DNA from: Geosiphon pyriformis uo1
Taxonomy: Eukaryota; Fungi; Glomeromycota
Assembly (NCBI GenBank): GCA_016748015.1
Contig: JAAOMT010000529.1
Coordinates: forward strand, 4,848 to 68,847
Length of the DNA stretch: 64,000 nt
Direction: 5' to 3'
Shown: positions 23,951-36,824 of the stretch, piece by piece
How positions within the stretch are numbered: position 1 is the first letter of the stretch
Layout: the number at the start of each line of letters is the position of its first letter
The notes under the pieces: model-generated
What the model saw: only the letters and a program-made list of their open reading frames with translations
Told to the model about the DNA's origin: nothing
Databases searched by the model: none
Made by a program: the position numbers and the translations under genes

Positions 23951-25299
23951 AAAAAATTGTCATTCTTTGAATAGTTTTGGTAATTTTTTATATTAATTCA
24001 ACTTATTTTACTTATTACTTGGCACGTTTGGCTAGCAATTTATTAATATTAAACTTTTAAAAATATTATAAAATAACAACTCTTTTTATTATTACATGAA
24101 AAAAACCAACAACTATTGCTTAATTCAATTCTATATTAGCCACTTAAGTTATTAGTTAACAGTACTAAAAGATTAAAAAATTGTTATTAACGTATTTGAA
24201 ATTTAATTAATTTGCTTTAATTCAAATTTTTGATTATTATAATTTAATTAAACATTTTTAATTGCTATAATTCAAATTTAAAATTAATATTGCATTTCTT
24301 TAAAATCACAAGAAAAATTATTGAGTAATTTATAAGTATTAAAATAATAGCAATATTAATAGTGTATACTTACAGATTTGCTATCATTAAAACTGATTTT
24401 GATTATTAGAATCAAATTGAATGTATGATATTGCAATATTAATATCACCAAAAATTATTTTCCAACCTTTTAACATTGATTCCATTCCGTTCACAAAAGC
24501 AAAAAATAATTTCAATTGCAACAATAAATGCTAGTTTTAAAAAATCATTTAAGCAGATATTTATACCTACCCTGATTTGGTTAATGCTTAAGTGGTTTTT
24601 CATTTTTGTAGTTAATTGCTTTGTAGAGCAAAAAAAGATAACATAAAAATTAAAATATCTCACACAAAATTTTCTGATGATATTATCAGCAGTGGAGTGG
24701 TTACATATAGTAATTTAGTGAACTATTAAGAGAACAGCTATCACTGGGTGGATAAATAGTGTAAAGAACACAACCAATGTTGTTAAATCAATAATTTGCA
24801 GTTATAGGGTCAAATTTCTGATTTTTTGCAATTAAAAAAGTAAAATTCATGCTTATAATAAGTGCATAAATGGGATGTGCTGCAACAAAGATGGAGAAAA
24901 AAATTAATGAAAAATTTACATTTTTTTATTGAAATTAATATATAAATTCCCTTAATAAGACAGTATATACAGCTAAGAGAATTTAAAAACTGGATCTAAC
25001 ATAAACTTTTTAAGACATATCAATTAGGATAGCTTTATTGGGTGATTATTCCTAACTTTCCTTACTAAAATCTCAAATGGGAGTATTTACAAAATATATA
25101 ATAGATATTCTTACGGTTTCTATAGACACTCAGAAATTTTTTTCTGTCCTAGTTGAAGTGTACATTGCTGCTGCCTTTGATTATATATACTATTATTGTT
25201 GCCGTTGCTATTACCATTGGACCAACTGTGATTAAAGTTACTTATGTATTATATAAGGTCTCTCTTTAAGTTGTTATTGCCGTTGCTATTACCGTTAGA

Positions 25300-25686
25300 C
25301 TAAGCGCGAATGTATTTACCATCAACAAGGACGTACCAACCGCGTTCGAAGTTGTTGTTGCGATTGTTAACGCTTCCATACCTATTTTGGTCATCATCGC
25401 CGTCTTTTTCGACATCCCTCTTATAGGCACCCCAAGGATCTCTCTTCAAGTTATTGTTACCGTTACTATTACCGTTAGACCAACCGTAATTGAAGTTACC
25501 ATTGTTGTTTCCATTCAAGTTACCGAGATTGTTGTTGCCATTATTGTTTCCATTACCACTGCCGAGGTTACCATTACCATTATTGTTTCCATTACCCCCG
25601 CGCTTTTCATGTGCCGAGACCGTCCCAGTAAAGGCGAGAAGAGCAGCACAAGATAAGGCAGATATTATAAAAGTTTTCTTTGCCAT
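25300..25686 (-). CDS. Small secreted protein B (128 aa): KEP-like precursor with Asn/Gly repeats and three KR sites; further repeats lie in frame past the stop
   Basis: Signal peptide to VSA|HEKR, then NFNYGWSNGNSNGNNNLKR-DPWGAYKR-DVEK...NNFERGW. After TAG: SNGNSNGNNNLKRDLI*YISNFNHSWSNGNSNGNNN. The TAA at 25012-25010 aligns with gene A 7095-7097. Confidence 0.8.
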   Translation of the reverse strand: MAKKTFIISALSCAALLAFTGTVSAHEKRGGNGNNNGNGNLGSGNGNNNGNNNLGNLNGNNNGNFNYGWSNGNSNGNNNLKRDPWGAYKRDVEKDGDDDQNRYGSVNNRNNNFERGWYVLVDGKYIRA

Positions 25687-26900
25687 TTAAAGTATTCTTT
25701 ATAAGGATTTAAAATTTTATATTTAATTGCCAGGAAGAATTTTGAACTTATCAAGATAAAGTGTTTTTTAAGAAGGCAATGGTCTTTTTATACCTTTCAA
25801 ATATTTGGTTCCCCAAGAAATTGAATTTTTTTTAGGTATAACAACAATTTATAAATAGAGTATTAACTATTCATCCTCTTTTCAGAGTAACAAAAATATT
25901 TTCATATTTGAAATAAATTTCACTCATTACGCATTATCGTTATTTGAAATGCCAAGCGACTTTAGTATATTCTCTTTTATTCTGATACTAAAAAATTTCT
26001 GTTATTATGCTAAGGACCATAATTGGAATTGTGGAGCAAAGCCTTTGAGGCTTTAAACCTAAATTTTTCGTAATAACAAAATGAAGCCACCACCTGTGGC
26101 TTAGAATCTAGTAAAATGACATTTACCAATTTGATTTTTTAAGATACAGATTGATCCGATTACTTTTCTAAGATCTCAATAATTTGACATAGCAAAAAAC
26201 ATATTAAACTGACGATAATTTAATCTTCAGGTTTTGAGGCTACTGGCAATAATTTCATGCGTTTAATTTGGGATTTTATCATTTTAGTTTTTTTTTGTCT
26301 TTTTTTAATTGGTTATCAGAGACTATAGTGGAGTATCTCTTTTTCGGACAGGATCTTGTTGCCTATTCTTCAATATCATTATGTTCCATGAAATCTGATA
26401 CGAATTATCTTATTTAAGATTTTATTAAAAAACTTTTTTAATTTACAGGGTAAACTTGCTAAGCAAGAATGCTGAGATATATTATTATTTAGATTACAGA
26501 CTTTTATAAGCCACATCGACAAGGCAATACACAATCAGTCATATTACTTTTACTAAATAAAAAAAATTATAAACTAATAAATAAACAAGGATTACCTAAC
26601 TTTTGAGGCTAGTGGCAATATTCCTTTATTAAAATTTTATTGATTTGCTTTTTCGCCTTTTTAATTCACGGATGAATTTGCAAAGTCAAGCTGTCTACAG
26701 GTTTTGTAAAAATTATTAACTATTTTTATTATAATTTTTCATTTAGGCTTCCACAGATTATGATATCCATGTATACGCAAAATTTCTTAAACTTTATCGA
26801 TGTTAACAAAGGAAACCGTGAATCTTGGTGCTGTTTGACGATCAATTTGGTTCTCTACCAGATTTCTTGCAATTAAAACGCTCTTTTCAATAAAAAAAAA
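25687..26900 (-). promoter_or_regulatory. Conserved upstream region of gene B, with TATA box at 25792-25785
   Basis: Inverted homologue of 5365-6544. Confidence 0.7.
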
Positions 26901-28165
26901 ATAGGAAACTTTACAAGTAGTAATATAATTTTATTATCAAAAGATTCCCCTATTTTTAATATGTATTATTTATCTAAAACTATGATAATATCACCTAAAT
27001 GTGTATTTGTAAGAATTTTTATGTTTAAATTTTGTATAAAGCTTTTATTCATATTTGAATAAAATTATTAATTATTAGCTTTTAGCCTCCAAATTTACTC
27101 ATTAAAAATACTCATATTTCTCCGTTAAGGAAATCATCACCCAAATCTCCAACTTAAAATGGTATTCATAAATCTTTGAAATGATTCACAATAATTTACA
27201 GATAGTATTATCAAATTTTATGCCTAAACGGTATTAATAGCTAAAATTGTTACAATTAATCCATAATAAATGACATCAATGCAGAGTAAAACTGGAAAGA
27301 AATATTTGAAACAGCAAAATATTCTAATATAAAGTAATGGATATATATTATATTGTATTATATTGTATTGTATTGATATTTTAAAATCAAAATAACTGAG
27401 TAAATTTCAGAAGTTTTATTGTAAACTAATATTAAAGAGGAAATAGAAACAAATCTTTTAAAGTTAATTCAATAAAAAAATTTATTCGGATAATATTAAA
27501 ATTATTAAAAAATAATTATATAAAAATTTTGAATATCTAAAAAGCTCAATATCTTTTTATAGAATATTTAATAAAAGTAAAAAAATCTAGATATAATAAT
27601 GTAAATAAAGTTAATTATTTTAAGCAATTAACTGAATATTGCAATTTCAATAACAAGACTACTATAAGCACAAAATGTAATACTATGTTAACTAAAGAAT
27701 GATTCTTAAGAGTGCTTAATAAGACCAAAATTTATGTATGAGATAATTTAAATATATTAAAGAATACTAAAAATTGAAATGCTAATTCTAATTATTTTTA
27801 TTAAAAAAAGGAAAAATAGTTTTGTACAATATAGTATGTAAAAGATTATTTTTAATTAAGAGCAGTGATATATCAAAATACCAATCAGTTGTAGTTTATA
27901 TATATTTAAAATTTGTCTGCATTTCGTAACAAATTATACATAATTTTAATAACAAGAGGTTAAAAATTAAATTAATTAATCAACAAAAATGTGTTAAATC
28001 AATTCTGGTGTGATTTGTAATAATAAGCTAAATTGATTTGTTAAACTATATGAACATAGAGAAACAATATAAATACCAACTCCCCTTAATAATTAATTTC
28101 TAAACATACTAACAAATAAGGCTTCTAAAAAACCTTCTCATAAAATTAAATTACTTTTTATTGCC

Positions 28166-29981
28166 ATGGGAAATCTTCAAACTAAAAAAACCCGCTCAGA
28201 AGCTTATGTTAAAAATTCTCGTCCTTATGCTCATGATTGCAATGAGTGTAAATCCTGTCAAGAGGGCATTAAATCGAGATATAATCCATGTGCCGCATGC
28301 CGCTTCCTATTTTTTGAAAAACTTTACTACGACTTTTCAAGCGGCAATGAAGTAGTCGATAAAATAATCAAGAATCCAATCTATATTCCACGTAGGAGTA
28401 ATGATAAATTAAATTATGGTATAGAATATAATGGTGAATTGAATTATTATGAATGGATTCTATGGGAGAATTTGTCGAATATCAAAGAAATTGGTAGAGG
28501 AGGGTTCGGTATAATTTATAAAGCAACCCTAATTGATGGACGGATTAATTTAGGCAGTATAAAACATTATGGTGAAATGGAATATAAAAGAGAAGGAATA
28601 GGCACAGAAGTAGCAATAAAAGTTATAAAAACGAACAGTTCAGAAGTGTTGAAAGAGGTAAACAAGCTATTATTATTAATATTTATATTTACTATTTATT
28701 TATTTATTTACTATATATTATCTATTTACTTTTTTATACTGTTTTGATAGTTAAATATTCAAAGACTTATTTTTAATAACGGTAGCTCTTTAACTTGGAT
28801 CTCTTCAATGTATGGAATTACGCAAAACGCTGAAACACTCGAGTATGGAATTGTGATGGAGTTTTCTAAACTTGGAGACATGCGAACATATTTATCAACA
28901 AATTTCTATTCTATGAGTTGGAAAGATAAATTAGAGATCGCACGTGATATAGTTATAGGACTTGATAGTATTCATAACTCTGGTATGGTTCATCGTGACC
29001 TACACTCGGGCAACATTCTACAATATGAATCTGCTTGGGTTAACCCAACGAGAACACAGATTTGCGACCTCGGATTATGTCAACCAGTCAACACTGAAAC
29101 AACAACAACAGAAGAGAAAAAGATACATGGAGTGATTCCATACATTCCACCGGAAGTTTTAAAAGGTGAAAACTTTACAACAGCTGGTGATATTTATAGT
29201 TATGGAATGTTATTATGGGAATTAGCAACAGGAAAGCCTCCTTTTTATGATTGTAAACATGATCAAATTCTTATAATGGCTATTTCAAATGGTCAAAGGC
29301 CTAAAATTACCACCCCACTTATTCCACCTTGTTTTGCGAAAATAATTGTAAAGTGTTGGGATGCTAATCCTAAGAATCGTCCTACTGCGAAAGAAGTTTG
29401 GTCTAAGTTGTTTCGCCTTTTGTATATATATAATCGGTTTAAAGAGGGGTCTTATAGTCGGTTTAGGAAGAAGTCTAGAGATGAGATTATAGATAAGGGT
29501 CGTCAGTTTTTAGAATCAGATAAATACGTAAAAGAAACGTTAAAGAACGACTCTATAACAAATACAAAATCACTTTATAAAGGTATGAAATTATATTTAT
29601 CATTAATCATTAATCATTAATAAAATTTATTATCTTGTATACCACTTATTTCTTTTACTAACTATTTTATTTAGACTCAACAACGACAACGGCAATGACA
29701 ACAACAAAAACAACAACAACAACAGCAATTCATTCAGGAGCAGTTTATACAAGTCGTGTTTTAATTGCACAGATGGTTGATTTTTCTGAAGGTTAGTTTA
29801 TCTATTTTTATATTGAATAATTTATTAATTTAATTATTACTAATTTACATCAATATATAAAAGAATTAATTTATTTGCCTGAAGGTAAGAAATTACATCT
29901 ATCATGAATCATAAATAAAATTTATGTCTTTGTTTAACACTGGATTATATTTACTATCCATTATATTTAGACGATTCCTAA
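28166..29981 (+). CDS. TKL-like kinase K2, intact; exons 28166-28657, 28751-29582, 29675-29791, 29864-29884, 29971-29981
   Basis: GRGGFG, VAIK, HRDLHSGN, DLG, PYIPPEVL, DIYSYG, KCWD..PKNRPTA. GT-AG introns keep frame and the protein ends ELIYLPEDDS*. Confidence 0.92.
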
Positions 29982-30640
29982 TAGATCTAATCGTGATCCT
30001 TCATTCTTAATTTCCGTTTATGTATTATAATTATTTTGATCTTTCATAAGTGATACATTTTAGATAAACATTATTATTTTATTATAAATTATATTAATTA
30101 TAAAATTTATTAGGTTCATTTCAATATGTTCAAATATATTTTACTAATTAAATAATTAATTTCTTATAAAGTATTCTTACTCACTTATTCAAAGTTATAA
30201 TAAAAAAGTTTATTTTAAAAAAGTTAATCAAATAAATGAAAGTAAAATTATCATAATGTTTTTACCATTAAACTTTATTTTAAGCATTTTTAAAAGCATT
30301 TCTTAACATTTGAATATTTAAGAAATTTTTCATAAATTTTATATTGATTTTAAATTTTAAATTAATTATAATTTTTAATTTTTGAAAAATTTTGACTTCA
30401 TTTATCGCTTAATGTTTTCTTTTTTGCTTTTTTCTTTGTTATGGAAACCAAATCTAATTTTGTTTCAAAAAAAAAAATAAAACACTATTAAAATCATAGT
30501 ATTTTTTAATATTAACATATTATTACGATAACATCAAAAAAAAATTAGATTAAGATAGTAATACAACAATTAAATTTATTTTATTTTAAATTAATTCAAC
30601 ATTAAAATTAATAAGGTCAAACAGAGAAAAGATTTGGCGC

Positions 30641-31345
30641 TTGTTAAAAAATGAAAAAAAAGATAGTAAACATGATTTGGAGGTTAAAAATTGTCTTCAC
30701 AAAAAGTTAAGATTGTTAAGAAACAAGGTTTTAGAGTTAAAAAATTTTACAGATTTAAAAAAATAACAAAGATCAAGATTTTTGAAGAATTAAGAGTCTG
30801 TAAAACAGTTGATAATTTCTTTACTAATAAAGACTGTAAAATCAAAAGTATATTGAAAAGACTATTTTGCAAGATAATGATTAATTACTTAATACACACA
30901 ACAAATTTTATTCAATATATTTTATAAAAGTTAACAATATACAAATTAAGAAAAAAAAGAAAAAAGAATAGTAAGAAAAAAAAAGAAAAAAGATAGTAAG
31001 AAAAATTTTGAAATTATTGTATTAATTTTGTCAATGAACTATTATAAGAACTTGATTAGTGTAAAATAATTTTTACAGTTTTTGAGAGTCTTACTTACAT
31101 GTTTTTAAAAAAAATTAATTATCAGATCAATGATTCAGTTAATAATTAGGTCAATAATTAAGTTAATAACCAAGTTAATTATTAAGTCAATAAACAGGTT
31201 AATATTAAGTTATTGATTAAGTTAATAATTACATTAATGACTAATTCTAAAAATAACATGGTTATATAAATCAAATCAGTGGCTAATATATGTGATTAAA
31301 TATAATTGGTTATTTAATAAAACTAAAAGATTCAATTGTAATAAT
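30641..31345 (-). mobile_element. Eroded solo LTR related to G1, with a decayed 12-bp array at about 31120-31240
   Basis: ATCAGATCAATGATTC..AGGTCAATAATTA.. followed by GTGGCTAATATATGTGATTAAAT (G1 LTR: TTGGCTAATACATGTGATAATTAAT). Interrupts a flank that is continuous at 40605-40660. Confidence 0.65.
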
Positions 31346-32833
31346 ATTTTATTAAGTGTTTAAAGCAAAATAAATTGGTCATTTAAATTCTTATTAATAT
31401 TTAGAGAAAAGTAAAAGGTTAAATAATATTTATATGATTACATATTAATTTATAATAATAATAATTTAAAATAAAAATTTATAGATGCATAAAATAATAT
31501 TAATACGTCATTTTATTTATTTATATGAACAATATTAATTTAAACAGTAAATTGAGCCAATTTTATTAATTGATAGTATAACATCAGTTTTTTATTTTTT
31601 TTATTAAACTATGCGCAAAATTTTAAATAATGAACTATTTAAAAATAAAGAAAAACCTTTTAAATGTCGCTAATTAACTCAAGTGTTATATTGATTTAAA
31701 TTTCAAAATAAAATTTATAATAAGATAAAATTTTTTACCATGATTAACTTTCATTTAAATATTAAAAAAATAATATTTTTAAACATATGGAGATTAATCT
31801 AATAAAATTTATAAAATAATAAAGTTTATATAAAATATATCACTTTTGAAAAAATGAAAGTAATTATACTTTACCAACGGAAATTAAGATGAGCAATCAC
31901 AAGTGTTAAACAAGAGGATAAATTTTAATAATGAATAATATTATAAAACAATATTATAAAGAAAATAAAAATGTCAATAAAAAAATCAGTCAAATAAAAT
32001 GATTTGAAAAAATTAAATAACTATTTTATACATATAAAATTACAATTTTTTATAGATTGATAAATTTAAGAATTATTTGGTTTATAAATACCTTAATTAA
32101 AAATTAAAAACTTTCCTTATTTTTATTATGAAAATAAAAAATATTAATTAAATTTATAAATAAGAGTATTATAATTATTTTAATTTTAATAATATTTTTA
32201 TTAAACTATATTTTCTTAATATCAAAAATTTTATTTAATACCAATTTTTCAATCGGTGTCAAATTTGGTCTGTTTGGCCTCATTAATTTTAATATCTAAT
32301 CTATTCTGTTATTTTAATAAATAATTGTAAATTGCCTGATGGCATCGTAATAGTATGTTAATATTAAAAAATACTATAATTATAATGAGTTTTAATTTTT
32401 TTTAAATAAATTAGATTTGGTTTCCATAACAAAGAAACAAGCAAAAAAGAAAACATTAAGCAAAGAATGAAGAATTTATCAAAAAATTAGAAATTATAAT
32501 TAATATAAAATTATAAAATCAAAGTGAAGATTATAATACTTTCTCAAGTATTTAATGTTAAGATATGCTTTTTTAATAAAGTTTAATGGTAAAAACTTTA
32601 TAACTTTTTAAATCTCATATATTTGAAATGAGCTTTTTTATTATAACACCGAATAAGAACATCTTTATAACAAATTGATGAATTAATTAATAAAAATATA
32701 TTTTTAATATATTGAAATGAATCTAATAAACTTTATAATTAATATAATTTATAATAAAATAATAAAGGTTATCTAAAATATATCACTTATAACACAAACG
32801 GAATTTAAGAGTGAACGATCACGATTAGATCTA

Positions 32834-33810
32834 TTAGGGGTTGTCTAAATATAATAAGTGTAAAAGAAAGAAGTGTTATACAAGAGAATAAATTTTATTA
32901 ATCATTAATGATAGATGTAATTTCTTACCTTCAGGCAGGTATCTTAATTCTTTTATAAAGTAAAGTAAATTAAAGTAAATTTTAGTATATGTATATTAAT
33001 TAAATTAAAGAATTAAATAAACTAACCTTTAGAAAGATTTCCCAGCTGTGCAGTTAAAATACGACTTGTATAAACTGCTCCTGGATGAACGAGCGTTAGA
33101 GTTGTCGAAGGTATTACTGTCAAGTCGATCTTTACCATTTCTTTTACGTATTTATATGATTCTAAAAACTGACGACCCTTAACTGTTTCTTCATATCTCG
33201 ACTTTATCCTAAACCAATCATACATATTGAAAAGATTATGCAAGTCAAACCAAACTTTTTTCGCAGTAGGACGATTCTTAGGATTACCATCCCAACACTT
33301 TACAATTATTTTGGCAATAGAAGGTGGAATAATTGGGGAGGTAATCATAGGCCTAATGCCATTTAAAATATCCATTATAAGAATTTGATCATGTTTACAA
33401 TCATGAAAAGGAAGCTTTCCTGTTGCTAATTCCCATAATAACATGGCAAAACTATAAATATCACCATCAGAAGTACACTTTTCTCCTCTTAAAACTTCTG
33501 GTGGAATGTATGGATAAAACTCCATATATTTTTTTTTCCTTCGTGTCTTTTCCTGTTGTTGTTGTTGGTTCATTGTTTGTAGGTTGACATAATCCGAGGT
33601 CGGAAATTTCTGTCTTGATAGAAAAATCATAATACTGTAGGATGTTGCCCCCGAATGTACATCACGATGAACCATACCAGAAGAATGAATTGATTCGAGT
33701 CCTTAAGCTATACCATGCGCCATCTCCATGTTTGGCCAACTTCATCACAATTCCATTCAGCTTTTTGCGTAACCCCATACATTGAAGAGATATAAAGTAA
33801 ATGGCACTAC
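32834..33810 (-). pseudogene. TKL-like kinase K3, 5'-truncated pseudogene
   Basis: SSMYGVTQ, HRDVHSG, PYIPPEVL, WELATGKLPF, VHPGAVYTSR and the terminal microexons are present. Frameshifts and deletions; exon 1 absent. Confidence 0.9.
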
Positions 33811-34619
33811 GACAAATCATACTAGGATTGATTAAACAGGTTTATGAAGAATAAATTTAAATAGCTGTAATGAAAAAAATTTTTGTTCACATGGTCGGAA
33901 TAGAGTCGATTTTCCGAACACTAATTACGCAAATTTGTACAAAGTTGATTACATTTATTAATTTATTTAATTTTTAACCTCTTGTGATTATTTGAAATTT
34001 ATTATGCATTTGTGTAAATCATACTAAAATATATATTAAATTATCACTGCGGAAAATAATTAGTACGAAAAACATGCATATTTAGGATAACAGCATAAAT
34101 ACAGACTACATAAATAATTAGGAAAACTGGAAGCAAGGGTTAATTAAACAAAAGTTTTTGGTGTTGAAGTTCTTTAGATAATACCATTTGGGTCATAGTC
34201 ATGTGGTAGCTCAGAAAATTTTGATATTAACATCATTTCAATTAACAATAAAAAAACCGCTATCCCAATTGACCATAAGATCAAAATATCTATTTAAAAA
34301 TTAATGAACACAAAATAACAGTAGCAAAGACATAAAAATCACATAAATACTTCAACATTTTTTTTTGAGCACTTGAGTACTTTAATTATTAAAAAAGCCA
34401 AGATAACATATTAAAAAGCCATTATAAACAAATAGCTTTTGTATCTTGTACTAATGATTGTGTTTTGCAAACAAATATTATGTGAAAATAGAAATTTTTG
34501 CAAAAAAAAATCCTAAGTTAAAAAATAACCAGTCTAATAACATTTTAACCAATTCAATTTATAATTTATAATTTTATTAATTTAACAATTGCAATTATGA
34601 GTTTTGCTATTTTGAGAAA

Positions 34620-34990
34620 ATTAGTGAAATTGTTGTTTGTATTATTATAATTTGATATCTTTTTGTTTTGTATTTTTATTATTATAATTATGTACTAGTC
34701 ACTAATTTTACATGCTTAACCAGGCTATTTTTAAAATTTGTTACTGACTTAATTCTTAATCTGATTAATAACTTGATTATTATCTTAATTGTTAACTTAA
34801 CTAATAACTTGATTATTGAGTATATTATTAATTAGTAACGAATAAGATTTTAGAAAATTATAGAAAAAAATTGATATATTTGAATTTCAGATTTTATTAT
34901 TTCTTTTATAAATTAAAGTTAATTTTATTTTATTTTTTTAAAATTATTTTTATTGAAATTAACTTAAAAGATAAAAAACTTGCTTTTATA
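34620..34990 (+). mobile_element. Eroded LTR relic with decayed 12-bp array
   Basis: TACTGACTTAATTCTTAATCTGATTAATAACTTGATTATTATCTTAATTGTTAAC shows 12-bp periodicity matching the reverse complement of the G1 array. Confidence 0.5.
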
Positions 34991-36824
34991 ATTTATTAAA
35001 TAAATAAATGTTGAAAATAATTAATATTTTTTAATACTAAAAGTATTTACTAAAGCATAAAATTACAACAGTTACATTAGTTTTATTAAAAATTACAAAC
35101 TATTTTTCAATCTTTAAATATTTTTTAAAAATATTAGCAAATGTCAATTAATCCCCGCCGCCACTAATTTTATTTATCCATTATTCTAGCCAAGCTTATA
35201 CCTCTACCTCTAAAAACTCTTGCGGAGAACCACTTGCAATAGGTGCGATTATAAGATATAAAAAATTAAATTAACATTTGAAGAATATATTTTTTAACTT
35301 AATATGCTCCTTAATTAAGCTTTAATTCATTTACTAACAAATTATAGGTTTTAATAAGATGAAAAATAATACTTTTTTTTAATTCATTAGATTTTTATCA
35401 TTTATTTGTCAATACCAAAAGAAAATATATAAGATCAATTATTATAATTTACTAAATTTGAGTATAACAATTATTTAATATAATTTAAAATGTATAATAT
35501 TCATAATTTATGTTTTTAACTATTATTTTATTTGGTAATTAAAAAATCATTGATAATACTTAATAGATTAAATAAAAATTGTTTATTTTTATTTATCTGG
35601 TTGAACATGATTCACATAAAATACTATTTTTTTATAAATTTCCCGCGAAATTTAGTCATTATTATTAAAATAGTTGAAAAACAAAAGTTCTCAATTTCAC
35701 CATTTTTTTTAAAAATTTTCACATTAAGAAAAATTAATTATTATATTGCGTTTTTGAAAAATTCTCAAAGCTTTTTTTGAATATCAAAATATTACAAATT
35801 TTATATATTAGTTTTTAATTTGTAATTTGTAATTTCTAATAACAAATAAAAAAATTTACTTTTATTAAATCACTTTATGAGATTCTTTAAAATTAAGATA
35901 TAATAAAAATATGGTTATATTTATAAAAAAATAAAAAACTAATAATTAAATGTAATTTTGTAAAATTCTTTATTAGAGAACAATCTAAATTTAACTAATT
36001 ATATGTTTAATAAATATTTTTAGTAACTTTGTTTAATAGATAAAACTGGGGTTAAAATAAATAGGCTAAATTTTTAGAAATGTGAAACAAAACAATAAAA
36101 ACTTAATAGGCTTTATAAATCTGTATGATAATAACTTTTAAATAATGACTTCAAATTGAAAGTTATAACTAATTCGAAATATTAATTTAAAAATATGTTT
36201 TGAAATTTATCAAACTGAGAGTATTATTTTATATTAAAGAATGTATGTTAAATTTTCATCAAATTTAAAATTTTATTATTATTGAATATTAGTTCTGATA
36301 AACAACAGAATTAAAAATTTGTAAATTGAAGATTAATTCGTTTATAAATATCTTAAAGAAAGCCGAGAGTAAATAAGACAATGAATTAAAAGCGGTCATT
36401 AATAAACTTTTCTGCTTTAGTATGGAACTAAAATAATAACATTTGTTTTACTCATCTGTATAATTTTCATGGTTCACACGAACCCTAAATCATATATTAT
36501 TATTGTTTGTTCTACAAATAAATTGAAATGACAATGTGACAATGTGAAACTTTTTTGGCGTCTTTGTGTATTATAGCTACTCAAATTTGTTCATGGTTAA
36601 TCCTATTTAATATTACTTGTAGTGAATCACAGGCGGATGAATAAGGTTAATAAATTGATTTGTTACACTATGCGAACATAGAAGAAACAACATAAATAAG
36701 AACTCGCATTTAGACAAATAACTTTCTAAACGTATTATCAAATAAACCTTTAAAGAAATCCTCTTTGAATAATAACCTATCCACTTTTTATCCTTCTATA
36801 AATCTTTTGTTCTTTATTCACATC

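Noticed and set aside
25387-25690. Plus-strand Leu/Pro-rich and Val/Ile/Thr-rich ORFs (also 6621-6842)
   Set aside because: Antisense or alternate-frame shadows of the Asn/Gly repeat genes; TATA box, signal peptide and paralogy support the MAKK frames.
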